DNA of 64,000 nucleotides from Octopus vulgaris (GCA_951406725.2 OX597832.1:67456001-67520000), one strand, 5' to 3'. Shown: positions 12,700 through 25,546, numbered from the stretch's first letter. Notes: a model not told the origin generated them from the letters alone. A program made the numbers and translations.

Positions 12700-14156
12700 A
12701 TCACAAGAGAACTGGAAAAGAAAGACCAGGCAGTAGGGAAGACAAGCAACAGCATAAGAGATACAGCTCAAACCAAAGAAGAACCTAAAGGAAAAAAATA
12801 ATAAAAGTGCTACCAATAATGATGGGACAACTGGCACCATTGACTTACGGGGTTTAAATGAGGAAGATCAGAAGATTTTAGATGAGTTGCAGGAAGTAAT
12901 GTGAAAAGGAGTTAGTAACAGATTGCCAACATTAAAAAGCACCAACAGAAGGAAGCTTCTAGAAATGACTAGGAAAGTAGATTCTGTTATCAGGAGGATA
13001 GACACTAACATATTGATCTATACAGGAGGGGCAGTAGTCACTAGAAGTTTATATCTCTCACAGAGAAACATCTAAAACATCCAAATGTGGAAAAGGAGAC
13101 AATAAAATAAAGTGAAGACTTTAAGACAAGATCTGAGTAGAATAGAAGCGTTGAAACGGAACAAGTTAGAAAACCCAAGATGCAAATCTTCCCTTGAGAA
13201 AAGATACAGAGTCAAAGAGAAAGGATTTGGGATAGTAATAAAAAAAGTTGAAATAGCGTATCATAGCAGGAAAGCTCTCCAAGTATCAGAAAATAATAGA
13301 CCAATATCAACAGAAGAGATTATTTCAGACAGAGCAGAGAAGATTTTATAACCAAATAAATAATGGAGAATGTAATACTGAAGATGAGAAACCTAAGGCA
13401 GAAGCTAGAAATTTCTTGAATAATATTTGGGAAAAGCCAGCCAATCATAATGGAAATGCAGTATGGTTAGAGGAAGTGAGAGAAGAAATAGTGAGTTAGA
13501 AGCAGCCAGATCTAAGATTAACTAGTGCATTAATGAGTGAAGTGATAGAAAATACCGAAATGGATAGGCCCAGGACCAGATTTATTCAAGGGTACTGGCT
13601 AAAGAAATTTAGTAGATTACATGGGATGCTGAAGGGACAACTTCAGGATTGCTTTAATAGAGGAATTTTTTAAAGACTCCGCCGGTTACGACGACGAGGG
13701 TCCCAGCTGATACGATCAACGGAACAGCTTGCTCGTGAAATTAACGTGCAAATGGCTGAGCATTCCACAGACACGTGTACCCTTAACGTAGTTCTCGGGG
13801 ATAATCAGCGTGACACAGAGAGTGACAAGGCTGACCCTTTGAAATACAAGTACAACTCATTTTTGCCAGCTGAGTGGACTGGAGCAACGTGAAATAAAGT
13901 GTCTTGCTCAAGGACACAACGCGTCGCCGGGAATCGAACTCACAACTTTACAATCATGAGCCGAATGCCCTAACCACTAAGCCACGCGCCCTCACTCAAT
14001 AGAGGAATAATACCAGACTGGATTACTGTAGGGGAAACAATGCCCATTGTGAAAGATAAGAGCAAGCGTAATATAGATAGCAACTATAGACCTATCACTT
14101 GCTTATCGTTAGTGTGAAAGCTATTTACAGGAATGCTTTCAGAAAGCATTTACGAG
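12700..14156 (+). mobile_element. R4/Dong LINE, 5' half of ORF up to early RT, pseudogenised and interrupted by a SINE; left boundary approximate
   Basis: Translates NRLPTLK...LIYTGGAVVTRSL...MWKRR...LRQDLSRI...LFQTEQRRFYNQ...NIWEKPANHNGNAVWL...WIGPGPD.IQGYWLKKF...IPDWITVG...NYRPITCL...KLFTGMLSESIY, typical of Dong/R4. Confidence 0.88.
13667..13995 (-). mobile_element. Full-length tRNA-derived SINE, family C, with 11-bp target-site duplication
   Basis: Minus-strand A box tggcttagtgg and B box gagttcgattcc; TSD aatagaggaat at 13656-13666 and 13998-14008; Dong reading frame resumes after it. A deleted relative lies at 43030-43170(+). Confidence 0.9.
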
Positions 14157-14590
14157 CCAGGTGTTGACAGCTTCGATCTTATTCCGTCCATTCAATTTGG
14201 ACTTTAGGATCAGTCTGCGCAAGTACTCCACCCTAAATTTTTCTGTCATTTCTTTCTCCATCAAATTATCCATTCCCAAATTCCCCAAGTACTTATAGCT
14301 CGTCTCTTCTATCTGCTTTATAACCTGACCCGACGGTATCGTTAGCCCATCCATACATTTGAGTTTGCCTCTCTTCAAGACTAACACACCCCACTTGATC
14401 ATTCCGAACTCCATTCCGATATCAGCACTGAAGGTATACACCGTATGAACAAGGGAACTGACTTGGGCTTAATCTTTACGATAAGTTTGAGGTCATCCAT
14501 GAATAACAAATTGTTGACTTTTTGTTGGCGGCTTCTGAACTCATACCCAGCTTTCGCTTTCTTCTGAATCAGTGTTAGTGGTATCAAGCA

Positions 14591-14592
<2 letters not shown>
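14157..14592 (-). mobile_element. R4/Dong LINE RT fragment (catalytic FMDD region), opposite orientation, 5' end at (TAA)n
   Basis: CLIPLT...GYEF...NNLLFMDDLKL, FSADIGMEFG..K.GVLVLKRGK, YKYLG, LKSKLNGRNKIEAVNTW (ORFs 14399-14677 and 14139-14441); adjacent (TTA)n at 14593-14663. Confidence 0.92.
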
Positions 14593-14665
<73 letters not shown>

Positions 14666-15489
14666 CATCATCCTCATAGCTATTATAAATAATCTCCGCT
14701 TTCCGTCATCTATTTGAAATGGAAAAATTGAAACAACTTTACTCCGAGGAAAGAGAGGAAAATCTATTTAACGAACACAAAATTTGTATCTACAGACTTT
14801 TTTAATTAGTATAAAAATTTTAATTTATATTTCCTGTGTATTTCTCAATGATATTGGTCAATTATATTGGAATAAGAGCGTGAAAAGATTCTGTACTAAA
14901 ACAGACGAATTGTCATCTTTGAAATGTTAAGAAAATGTAAATGAAAGAAAAAAGAAAAATAGTAGACAGACATTATTGATTTGCTTCTGTGAACATGACA
15001 AAAGAACGGGTTGGGTGGTAGAGTATTGGATGTTTCAGTCATTAAGAAAATAGTCTATATTTCTAAATTATGATGAACATAACTTAAACACGTAAACATT
15101 TTTATGTATTGACACTCATCGACGCATGATTGCATACATATATATAGAGAGAGAGGGGGAGGGAGGAAGAGAGGGAGACAGAAAGATGTACAAAATTGTA
15201 TTAGAAAACAAAATGTATATTACGAGGTATAGTTCATTACAGAGCTTCACTCACAACTTTTCCGATACTGTACCTGAGTATCTCATTAAGACCTTAGACG
15301 TTTTGGGAGTAGGATATGTGATGAAGAAATATGGAGATATTTCTATCTTATATCTGCTTGTGTATATATATGTAATGTATAAATAAACACACATACATGT
15401 ACGCACACACACATACATTTAGGCACTTAGAGTAAACTAATTTCATAGCACCACATTGAAATGACGATGTTTTACATTACAGTCCTTGT

Positions 15490-17115
15490 TTGGGTACCAT
15501 AGCCCATGTTTGTAAATAGATGGTTTTTTTTTGCAGCTATATTCAAGTGTAGCTGGTTTATATAGAATTTGTTGGAGATATTCGTCCAAGTCCCTCTTGA
15601 ATGCTTAGGTTTCTTTTCTTATGTGTCTTGGTATGATGCTAATGTGAGCAAGGCTAGTTGAGGTGATGTGGTTTAGTCTTATTGTTATAGCGTGAGGTTA
15701 ACATGATTTTTGTAGACGACGGCTATAACGGGAACCAAGTCTTCAGTGAATTCTAAAGCTGATGCCAACAGTATTGGGGCTGTGTTATTGAAATATTTTC
15801 CACATCAAACCCAGGATATGACGTTCACGACAACGTTGGAGGGATTAAAGTTTGAGTTTCACGTGACGATTCTGATAATGAAGACCTGTCATATAATATT
15901 TTCCTTGTGATCGATCTGTTGGGCTCTTCAGTATTTTCATATTGGGAGACTCAGCGGGCAAAATTATTTAAGGTGAGGGCGGGAGAAGGTGAAAACCAGA
16001 ACAATAATTGTAGGATCGCCTCCAGACCGAAACGTTGTGAGGAACCAGGAGCACACCTTTTCATATTGGGAGACTCAGCGGACAACGCTATTTAAGGTGA
16101 GGACGAGAGAAGGTGAAAACCAGAACGATAATTTTAGGATCGCCTCTAAACCGAAAAGTGGAGAGGAACCAGGAGCACACTCTGCAGGTCATGTCGATTT
16201 TGTTGTTTATGTGAGCACTCCAGCTTCAGGTGTTATCGACAGTTACTCCCATTTCCATATCGTTGTTTGATGCCACAAGGTTTTCGCTCGAGGTGAGTGT
16301 GTATAGTTGCTAAAGCGCAGCCTCTTCGCCAAAGTATATTCAAATTTAATCTTATTTAAATGCATATTGTATTTCTTTTAACGCATCGGATAACAGTGAG
16401 CCGATCTGAATGAAGAGTAGTATGATCTTCTGTCTTATCGGCGATCTTGAGAGGTTTAGATTCATCCACAATAATTGTAATGCTGTTATATTTTCATGGC
16501 GTCATAGATGAAAATCATGAAAAGCGATAGTTCCAATATAGTGCCTTGTGAGACAGACAGCACTAACGACTCTTGCCGTATTTGATCGAAAACCATCGAT
16601 TATTTCATGCTGGATTCTGTTCACTAGAATGCATTCAATCTACTTTAATAATTTCCTTCGGACTCCAGTGTTCGATAGTTTTTTAATTGAATGCTCTAGT
16701 TAATCTTGTCGAAGGCCTTTCAGAATTTCAGATAGATGACATCTCCATTGGAGCCCACTCTCGAAGCTTTTAAGAAATCATCAAAGAGATATAGGAGCTG
16801 TTAGTCCCTGACATTACAGAAACGATGTTGGTCGAAAAAAAACAGTCTGTTACTTTCCAGGAAGTGAGTTACTCGAGATTTCAGCATTGTCTCAAATAAT
16901 TTGATGACAAAAGAGGTAAGTGAGATCGGGCGGTAAAACCTTGACAGCAATTCATTGCACCTTTTGAAAATTTGGACACTCAACTGGGATAGGAATGTTT
17001 CAGGAATGTGGCCAGCGTCGAGAGAGTTCCTCCAGGGAATAGCTAAAAGGAAAGCCAGTTCATGACAGCTCTCCTTCCGAAATCTACCGGGGAAAATGTC
17101 GGAGCCTATAGCTGA
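15490..17115 (-). mobile_element. Decayed CR1/L2-group LINE, RT domain to 3' end
   Basis: Minus-strand motifs in order: YRPISLTS..IKLFE, DVIYLKF*KAFDKI, SQGTILELSLFMIFIYD, IIVDESK (degenerate FADD), MHLNKIKFE, GVTVDN..SWSAHIN, SWFLSTF, RPHLK, KLKL*SLQRCRER..LMWKIF, FKRDLDEYL. Confidence 0.85.
15934..16180. repeat. 124-bp direct tandem duplication inside the CR1-like LINE
   Basis: ttttcatattgggagactcagcgg...gaggaaccaggagcacac at 15934 and 16058, moderately diverged. Confidence 0.9.
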
Positions 17116-17150
17116 GTTTGTTAATATCTGTTACGATATCTGAAGTATCA

Positions 17151-17246
<96 letters not shown>

Positions 17247-19785
17247 CCTATCTATCTACCTATCTATCTATCGATCGATCGATCGATCAATCTATCCATC
17301 GATCTTTCTTTCCCGCTCTCTCTCTATATATACATATATATTTATATATATATACATGTATATATGCATTTATATGTATCTATACATGTATGTACGTATG
17401 TATATATATATGTGTGTGTGCGTATGCTTGTATTTAAGTATGCAAATATTAACGTATATGTATATTGAGAGGCATGTAAAAGTAATCAACAGAAATTTTA
17501 AGAAATTAAGCACATACACAAACGTATGCGTGTTTGTGTGTGTGTGTGTGTGTGTGTGAGTGTGTGTGTGTATATATGTGTGTGTGTGTGAGTATGTGTA
17601 TGTATATGTGTGTGTCTGCGCTTGTGTGTGTGTTCACGGCTTGGTCTGGCATGTCTTACGTGTATTTTCGTAGACTTTCATCTACGGAGACTTGAAAACA
17701 GGTTCCCCAACGGAAATCAACCTAGTTCTAAAATCAATGTGTTGAATTAGACATCCTAGTATTTCCAGCTGATCCGGCACTTTTAAAATACCTGTCATCT
17801 TTGCTGTTTCTGTTGGAAGTTTTCACATGCTCACAAGATTGGTTGTGCTTCATTCCTTGTATGCCTCACATCCATACAAGTCTTAAATATGCAATCATTT
17901 TTCTGTACCTACTGATATAACATTTATGAACAGCAATAAAATTCTTGCCGTTATATACGTATCGTACATCCTTTAAATGGTAGCTAAATCTATCTTAAAT
18001 CACATCAGAAAAATTGAGAAAATAGACACAGGGAACAGGATTATACTGACGAGATGGTTATGTTCGGAAACCTTTTAAATATGTGCCATTTAATTTGTAT
18101 TAACTAAGGTTTGAAACACGATAGATTGTGTTGAAACGCTTCCGGTGTATCAATTTATCAATATATTTATAGACGTATTTAGTTTCTGAAACTAGGTTTT
18201 GTACATGGCCAGTCATTCAGCTAAACATTACCAAATGTTAATGAACTCAAGCTTTATATCTTACCAAATCATATTCCATAATCTGATCCTCGCCACTTTG
18301 CATATAGGTAAAAGTCGAGACTTTCATAGTTGGAATATTCCTGAATATAGATTTTATTGATTGAATTATATTTTGAATTAAACAAATATGAAAACAAAAA
18401 TATTAGCCATTTCAAGAAGATGAAAAGCTTTTCGGCGCCCATAGAACCAAGCTTCTATGGAATTTACATTTAACATTATTTATCGATTTAAACACTGAAC
18501 TGAATTCAAAACCAAACAATTTCAATCCAAATAAATATCTATTTAGATATGTTATTATTTCCCTGGGGTATTAGAACTAATTTCAATCTGAACTATGTTT
18601 TCGTAAATGACAAACAAAGCCACGAACATGAAGATATTTTTAAAATGTTTACTTCTATTCCAATATATTCTGAAGAAAGTAATATCACTTGCACTTTTAT
18701 TAACACCAATATCCACTTTTCGGTGAAAATAATTAGTTTCGGGCAGATAACTAAAATTTTGTTTTCGTAAGCCAAACAACTTTCACTTCTCTCTGATATC
18801 AACTGTGATAATGGTTACCTTTATTTATTGTTTGTTGGTGTTTTTTTTTGTTTTTGATTGTTCTTGTTATTTTTGCTGTTGTTGTTTTGTTGTAGCCATC
18901 ATCGTCACTGTTGTTGTTTATTTCCATGTCTATTGCGAGAGAGCACATCTATAATAAATATAAAAAAAAGTGTTCGTCATTATCATAGTTTCTTTCATGA
19001 ATAACTAGGTCGGCATTTTCACATATGTTCTTAGATCTTTGAAGATGGTATATAAATGAAATAAAGATATCAATAAATACCATAAAAATTATTATTTGAC
19101 GCTATACTATGTGTCTGAAGTTCAGCCATATCGGAATAAATCCGAGACATTTGGCAATGTTAGTAGAAAGAAACGAGCAATTTTTCCATAGCATTGTGAT
19201 CTGTCATTTGATTATATAATTAAAGAGAAGTTTCAAACCCTAAGAAATAATTCTGTAGCGAAAAATCCGTGGGTAGATTATTATATACCATGCAGGCTAT
19301 ATGATATGCTCCGTGTTTTCTATAACCATCACATCGTATGAAGCCAGTTTGTCGTAATCAAAAGTAATGGAAACGCCTGAAAAACAATTGTTTGCCCACT
19401 TGATCGTGTTCGCTATATATACTGAATATATTCAAATAGTATGCGCCACACTCGCGCGCCATTTCGGCGATATACTAGATTAGATCCAATTTTTGCTGGT
19501 TATTCATCTATACATTTCGGTACAAGGGATATTCTTTTATCTAGTAAAATAGATGACACTCTGTCTACTGTTTTGATGTCTTCCATACAATGCGCATAAA
19601 GGTATTTACATGTCAGATACTTTCACTATCTCTATACTCCTACGCTAGAATAAAAATTGATAGGTATGTTAGTTTTCTGAATAGATGCTGGAGATAGCAA
19701 TATAATTTTAGTTCTCCATATATAAAATGTATTTATACATGCATACATACATGTACCGTGACAGGCAAAATAATATACATAAATA

Positions 19786-19822
<37 letters not shown>

Positions 19823-20004
19823 TTCACTACTGTATTAACAATGCTACCAAGTGTTTCATGTTGACGGAATCACTTAGCAAATATCAAGCTTGCCACATCG
19901 GAACTTTGATACTTGTCTCTACTTAGGATGGCAGGTGTGTATATGTATACACACACACACATATATATATATATACATACATACATACACACACACACAT
20001 ATAA

Positions 20005-20048
<44 letters not shown>

Positions 20049-20469
20049 TAAACAAGGAAACATTCTTCATTGAAAAGTACAAGCCCAGACTCAACCATCC
20101 GAACATACTGATACAGAGAAATTCACATTAAGGGAAAGGAAAAAAAAGTTTAAGCAATTATCTCCCTTACACCGGAAGAAATCACCCACTACCTTCCCTT
20201 ATTTAGAACTCTCCGGAGCTTAAACACAAGGATAACTCTATTAAACATAAACATAACGTCACAAGAAATTTGAAAAGCTAAATGCGAAACCGGTCTTTCT
20301 TTAAAAATTATGTCATTATAAAGGAAAAAAAAATTGTTTAAAAAATTTTCTAATATTCTTCAGACATATTGACGCAAATATATATATTTTTTAACATTTA
20401 AGCCTTCTGTCGTTTTTTCACTCTTTACTATTTTTTATATATTCACCCACGTGCTTTCACAAACCAACT

Positions 20470-20472
<3 letters not shown>
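20049..20472 (+). mobile_element. 3' end of a Penelope-like element (GIY-YIG C-terminus plus pLTR with decayed hammerhead), between (TA)n tracts
   Basis: KETFFIEKYKPRLN (20054-20095) fits the E..FI.K.KP.LN end of PLE GIY-YIG domains; hammerhead-like motif at 20263-20301. Confidence 0.7.
20263..20301 (+). ncRNA. Degenerate minimal type-I hammerhead ribozyme
   Basis: Stem I aagaaa/tttctt; core ttgaaaa (CUGAAGA with 2 changes); stem II gc-taaat-gc; GAAA; palindromic stem III ccgg; GUC. Confidence 0.6.
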
Positions 20473-20548
<76 letters not shown>

Positions 20549-20671
20549 TTTTAGCGGGCAAGTTTAACCGCCTATGACCTGTTCTATAAGAATTTTACAG
20601 TGGATGTGTAGCACCATTTGGCGTCTGTCTTTAGCGTGTCGGAGAAGGCTTGATCGCCTTGATATAACTAT

Positions 20672-21060
20672 TCTTTTATTCTTTTACTGTTTCAGTCATT
20701 TGATTCCGGCCATACTGGAGCACCGCCTTTTAGTCGAGCAAATCTACCGCAGGACTTCTTCTTTGTAAGCCTAGTACTTATTCTATCGGTCTCTTTTGCC
20801 GAACCGCTAAGTTACAGTGACGTAAACACACCAGCATCGGTTGTCAAGCGATGCTAGGGAGACAAGCAGACACACAAACATATACACACAGAAACATACA
20901 TATACATGTATATACATATATGACAGCCTTCTTTCCGTTTCCATCTACCAAATCCACTCACAAGTCTTTGGTCGGTCCGAGGTTATAGTAGAAGACACTT
21001 GCCCAATTGCCACGCAGTGGAACTGAACCCGTAACCATGTGGTTGGTAAGCAAGCTACTT
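20672..21060 (-). mobile_element. tRNA-derived SINE family B, head truncated at junction with the Tx1-like element
   Basis: Reverse complement of the 61008-62036 family, including the internal (TA)/(TG) tract; first ~20 nt (A box) missing. Confidence 0.85.
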
Positions 21061-23076
21061 TATTTCATAAAAAAATTGCCATAACGGCATTACAAAGAGT
21101 AGCTGCGAGCTGGACATTGATGAGGTGAATGATGAAATAAGGATGATATTGATGAGAGAAGGCAAAAATGCCCGCCGATTTTCTTCTCTAAAACATTGTT
21201 CTTTTTTTTAAAACAGAATAAACAAAGTGAGGTATTGAACCTCTCACAACAGTTTTTACAGTTTTTGGACTTAATAGTCCATTACAAATATTAACATGCA
21301 AAATGTATTCAATATACAATCAACACTAGTCCATTTACAAATGAGGCGCTGAGCTTCTTACACATTATAGCACTGAGGCTTTTCAACCTCTTGTCAATTT
21401 TCCACCTCATAATCGCTTGTGTCCGTGTACACCGCCATAGCCCATGCTTCGTTTAAAATCAAGGCAGGGTCCGAATTAGCGTCACCCGGTCATGAGCGAT
21501 ATTCTTCTTTTAGTCCCTTCATCATCATAAACAGCGCAACGTTATGACCTCCACATCTATCTGCGGAGGCCATTCGGGGTCCTGTGTGAAGGCCAAAGGT
21601 ATTCCCTCGTAGTGTTCTTTTACTATCTTTTCCACCTCTCCGCCTCTATAAAAGAAGACCAACAGTTTCAGGCCCATCGGGTCTGGGTCGGTCAATTTTA
21701 CCGTTGGCAGCACAATTCCCGACAATTGTGTCACCCCCCGCTCCAGTAGCACAACCGACGAGGCTCCGTGACACTCCGGCGTCATGTCTCCGACTGCCGG
21801 CAATGTGCCGTTTCTCTTCCTCTTCCTCTTTTTTCTTCTCGACTAGGGGAGGGTGCGTCTTCTCTGTGACCTGGAGATTCGCCTCTCCTCCCACATTCCC
21901 AGGATCTTTCGGTGAGCACCCATTATTGCTCTCGTTCCTTTTGCGGCTCTTCTTTGAGGTGTCCTCTATCTCTTCGGTCGTCTTCATTCCCTCCTCTACA
22001 GATGACACTTGGGAAGGGGGGCGTCCCTCAAGAATCACCGGATATTTAGACCCGGCCATTCTCAAAAAGTTCGGAAATACCAGACTTTCGGCTGACTGGG
22101 TCCATAGTGTCAAAACAGCTTTTGACCCCTCCCAGTCAGCCGTAGGCAGAATATTTACGCTGAGGAGCTTGGTGCTACTGCCACCCAGACCCAGGCGGAT
22201 AGTATCTCCTATCCACTGGGGCTCAACTCCGGGTGGCTAGCCGCAAACCCAAGGCCTCGTCAAACTCTTCCCACAATAAGTGGGGAGAAACAAGATTTCA
22301 TTACCCTCCGGAGGCTGACTTCCAAATTCAAAGGCAACTTCTGGAGAGTCAAACAGCAACCACATGGTTGCGTATTTGACCTCCCGAGTGATAAACTTAA
22401 TCTCTGGCTTAAATTCTGCCAGCTCTCTTTCGATTATATCCTTTCTGAAAACGGCAATGGCGTCGTGGGTCCTAGAGTAGCTCCTCAAAACCACCGTCTT
22501 ACTTTCAAGTTCTTTTAACCCTTTTTTGGGTTGTGTAATTTCCCACTTCACCAACATTTCATTGTTATTTGCCATGTTTTTTAGAAAGAGTCCAAAAATA
22601 CACTTGTTAAAAAATAATTAAAGAAAAAGAAGGAAGAGGAAAGAGTCCAAACAAAAAGGAGAGATAAAAAAATTAAAAGAAGAGAGAGCAACAGTTCAAA
22701 ACACAGCAAAGGCCACTTGGTACTCCAGGCCAAAATTTAACACATTTGTAAAACAGATTAAAAAATCATTCCAATTTTCTTCTAGGTACTCCTTAACAGG
22801 AACAACACTATTTTCAAACAAATATTTTGGCAGGATACGCCCACCAAACCAATAATTTTCACAATTAAGTGACTAATATCTTCACTCAGCCTCAGGTAGA
22901 CTAGAGTCCAGTGAGAACTTCTTACTTGTGAAAATAATTTGCGACATACAACAGGTCCCCAATAGATCCCAAAAATTCTTACCTTACGGCTGGGTTTCAA
23001 AAGCCTTCAATTTAGGACGGCTTCAAAAAACACGTCTCACACCTTCTGTGTCAAACACAACTCTAATTCGCACAAC

Positions 23077-23080
<4 letters not shown>
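21061..23080 (-). mobile_element. ~2-kb Tx1/L1-clade element with ORF1 only (HAL1-like), ORF disrupted
   Basis: ATG at 22575; ORF1-like sequence runs through a stop at 22237-22239 into ...DWEG...FPNFL...YPVILEGRPP, then a charged low-complexity linker; no endonuclease/RT; AATAAA at the 3' end (~21059-21064); 5' end abuts (TA)n. Clade assignment is by motif resemblance. Confidence 0.65.
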
Positions 23081-23131
<51 letters not shown>

Positions 23132-23134
<3 letters not shown>

Positions 23135-24756
23135 TTGCGGCCAAAATGTTCAGAACGGCATTGTTTTCATCAGAAAAGTAAGTATAAGTTTTTATCAAAG
23201 TAGTTTTATATTCTATAATTTTTACAGACAATAAATACAATATGAATTGTTATTGTGTGAGATTTTGGTGTAATTTGAGGGGTTAAAACAAAAGTTAGGG
23301 ATGATTTAGTGATTTATTGCAAGACCCATGGCGGTCAAACTGATCAGAACGGTTGAAAAAATAAAATAATCAAAAATGACAGAAAATACTGGAATTATTT
23401 AATATTTAGTGTGAAGCCCTTTAGCTTCAATCACACTCTGACATCTTTGACTGCATGAGGAAATTAAATTTTCAATTTCCTGCTGGGTGATCTTATTCCA
23501 TTCTTTCTGAAGGGCATTCCCTAATTGCTCAGTTGTTTTAGGATTTCTGGCTTTCGAACGTTCTCCTAGAATATTCGATACATTTTCAATAGGATTGAGA
23601 TCTGGGCTTTGAGCAGGCCAATCCATAACAATAACCTTTTCAGCCTTAAGGAAGTTCATGATCACCTTAGCCTTGTGACATGAGGCATTGTCCTGCATGA
23701 ATATGAGTGGTCGCTTATTTGAATTTCTCAGCACAGGCAAGACATGCTCTTTTACAAGTTGTTTATAAACTCCAGCATTTACCTTTAAATGTAATCGCAC
23801 CAAAGGGCCCACACCATCTCCAGATATCATCCCCCAGACCATGACACTTCCTCCACCGAATTTAACACTAGTCTTAAGGCATTTAGGCGACAATTTTTCA
23901 CCTACTTTTCTACGAATATACCTTTTCCTATCTGAGCCAAATAACATAAACTTAGATTCATCACTGAAATGCACCGTTTGCTATTTTTCTTGAGACCACA
24001 ACACGTGTTTGGTTGCAAAGTTAAGACGACACTTTTATTCTTGGAGCTGATCAGTGGCTTCACTGCAGGTGCTCTTGCTTGTAGGTCATGTTCAACTAAA
24101 CGACGAGACACAGTTTTTCGAGATAAAGTTTTCTTCAATACAATGCTTATTTTCCGAGAAAGAGCAGCAGCAGTTTTAAATCTGTCCTTTTTAACCAAAT
24201 TTACCATAGCACGATCTTCTCTCTTGGTCGTTTTTCTTGGCCTACCTGTAAACTTTCTTGCTTCACACGGACCACAATCATCGTAGACCATAAGAATACC
24301 GTGTACAACACTTTTTGACTTGTTAACAATCTTTGCAATAGATCCAATACTTAAATTATCCTTCCTTCGAAGCTTAATAATCTGCTGACGAATTGGTAAC
24401 GGAGTAAGTGGCATTATATTAACAAAGTACACTGCAAATATACTTACTAATGTTTAGTAAACGAACCGTCACGTAAACAAATTCAAAACATTAGAGTTCG
24501 CCGGTTAAATATACTAAGACACGGTGTAAAAGCAACCGTTCTGATCATTTTGGCCGCCATTGGTTTTGCAGTAAATCCTTAAATAATCCATAACTTTTGT
24601 ATTATCTTCTCAAATTACACTAAAATCTCAGGCAATAACAAATAATATCGTATTTAATGTCTGTGAAAATTATAGAATATAAAACAACTTTGATTAAAAA
24701 TTATATCTACTTTTCTGACGAAAACAATGCCGTTCTGAACATTTTGGCTACCATTC
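23132..24756 (-). mobile_element. Tc1-family DNA transposon (DD34E) with ~225-bp IR/DR terminal inverted repeats, TA target
   Basis: TIRs 23132-23355 and 24533-24756, each with outer and inner direct repeats (gcggccaaaatgttcagaacgg / gcggtcaaactgatcagaacgg); TA flanks; inserted in (TA)n. Confidence 0.95.
23399..24414 (-). pseudogene. Tc1 transposase with one frameshift (~24000-24030)
   Basis: N-terminal HTH and GRPR motif (ORF 23902-24432); catalytic FSDES, QDNASCH, WPAQSPDLNPIEN with 34 residues between D and E (ORF 23399-23974). Confidence 0.93.
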
Positions 24757-24767
24757 TATATATATAC

Positions 24768-24904
24768 AATTGTTATTATTAACGCTGCAAAAGCATCGCA
24801 GAAAGCATCACAAAAAATAATCAGTTTTACGTTCCTGTTCGTGAAACACTCAGTATCAGATTTTTTATGATACTCTCGTAATGTTTTTACAGCTTTAGTA
24901 ATAA
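24768..24904. repeat. Imperfect inverted repeat (~45-bp arms) starting at (TA)n
   Basis: ttattattaacgctgcaaaagcatcgcagaaagcatcacaaaaaa pairs with ttttttatgatactctcgtaatgtttttacagctttagtaataa. Confidence 0.7.
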
Positions 24905-25500
24905 AGCATATTACGCTACTTTGCTATTCGGACTATTTTGTAACCGTTGTATGTTGGGCCTTATGGGTTTAATGAATAAAATTTGCACGTTTAGGTACAC
25001 TGAAATTTGATTCTGAATGGAATTTGTGAATTTTTACTTTTTTCAGCAATGGTCTCTTAATAGTATACTCGTCTTTCAAATCAGGTTCATAATTGCAGAG
25101 CTAAAGGGGGATATTCCCCCATCGTTGAAGAAATGTTAATTTCTTGGTCTGGCATGTTTCTGTCTAAAGTTTCATGTTATTTTCCTGGAGTAGACCTTCA
25201 TATACTGGAATTTCTATTTGCATTTGTGCATCAATTGTCTTCATTTCCTTCCATTGGTATTTTGTCTTGATCGTCAGAGTTGAGTTTCCATCCGGAATTG
25301 CAGACAGCCATTTGTTACCTTGATTTGTTTCGTCGTTCAGGTTCATTAGGGAAAGATTTTATTCATAATTTTGCGGGGAGGATCACTGATATTGTAGCCA
25401 ATATTTTTAGCGAAGTTTCATGTGATAAATTTGTGATCTGTGTAGTTCTGGTTTCAGGTATATATTTACATATGTATAACTATGAAATATATAATATAAT

Positions 25501-25546
<46 letters not shown>

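Noticed and set aside
13920-13995. tRNA gene
   Set aside because: A/B boxes belong to a SINE head with body and TSD; no full cloverleaf. The same applies to the other SINE heads.
15760-15830. FDVEN...LL..ALEF on the minus strand suggesting Penelope RT
   Set aside because: Another frame gives the continuous CR1 motif SLQRCRER..LMWKIF, colinear with the rest of the LINE.
15934-16180. CRISPR-like or functional tandem array
   Set aside because: Only two units, no spacers, and it lies inside a dead LINE of a eukaryotic genome.
18040-18085. ctgacga...gaaa motif
   Set aside because: Stems II and III do not form.
21704-22240. 178-aa plus-strand ORF (also 23969-24286)
   Set aside because: Antisense shadows of the minus-strand ORF1 and transposase.
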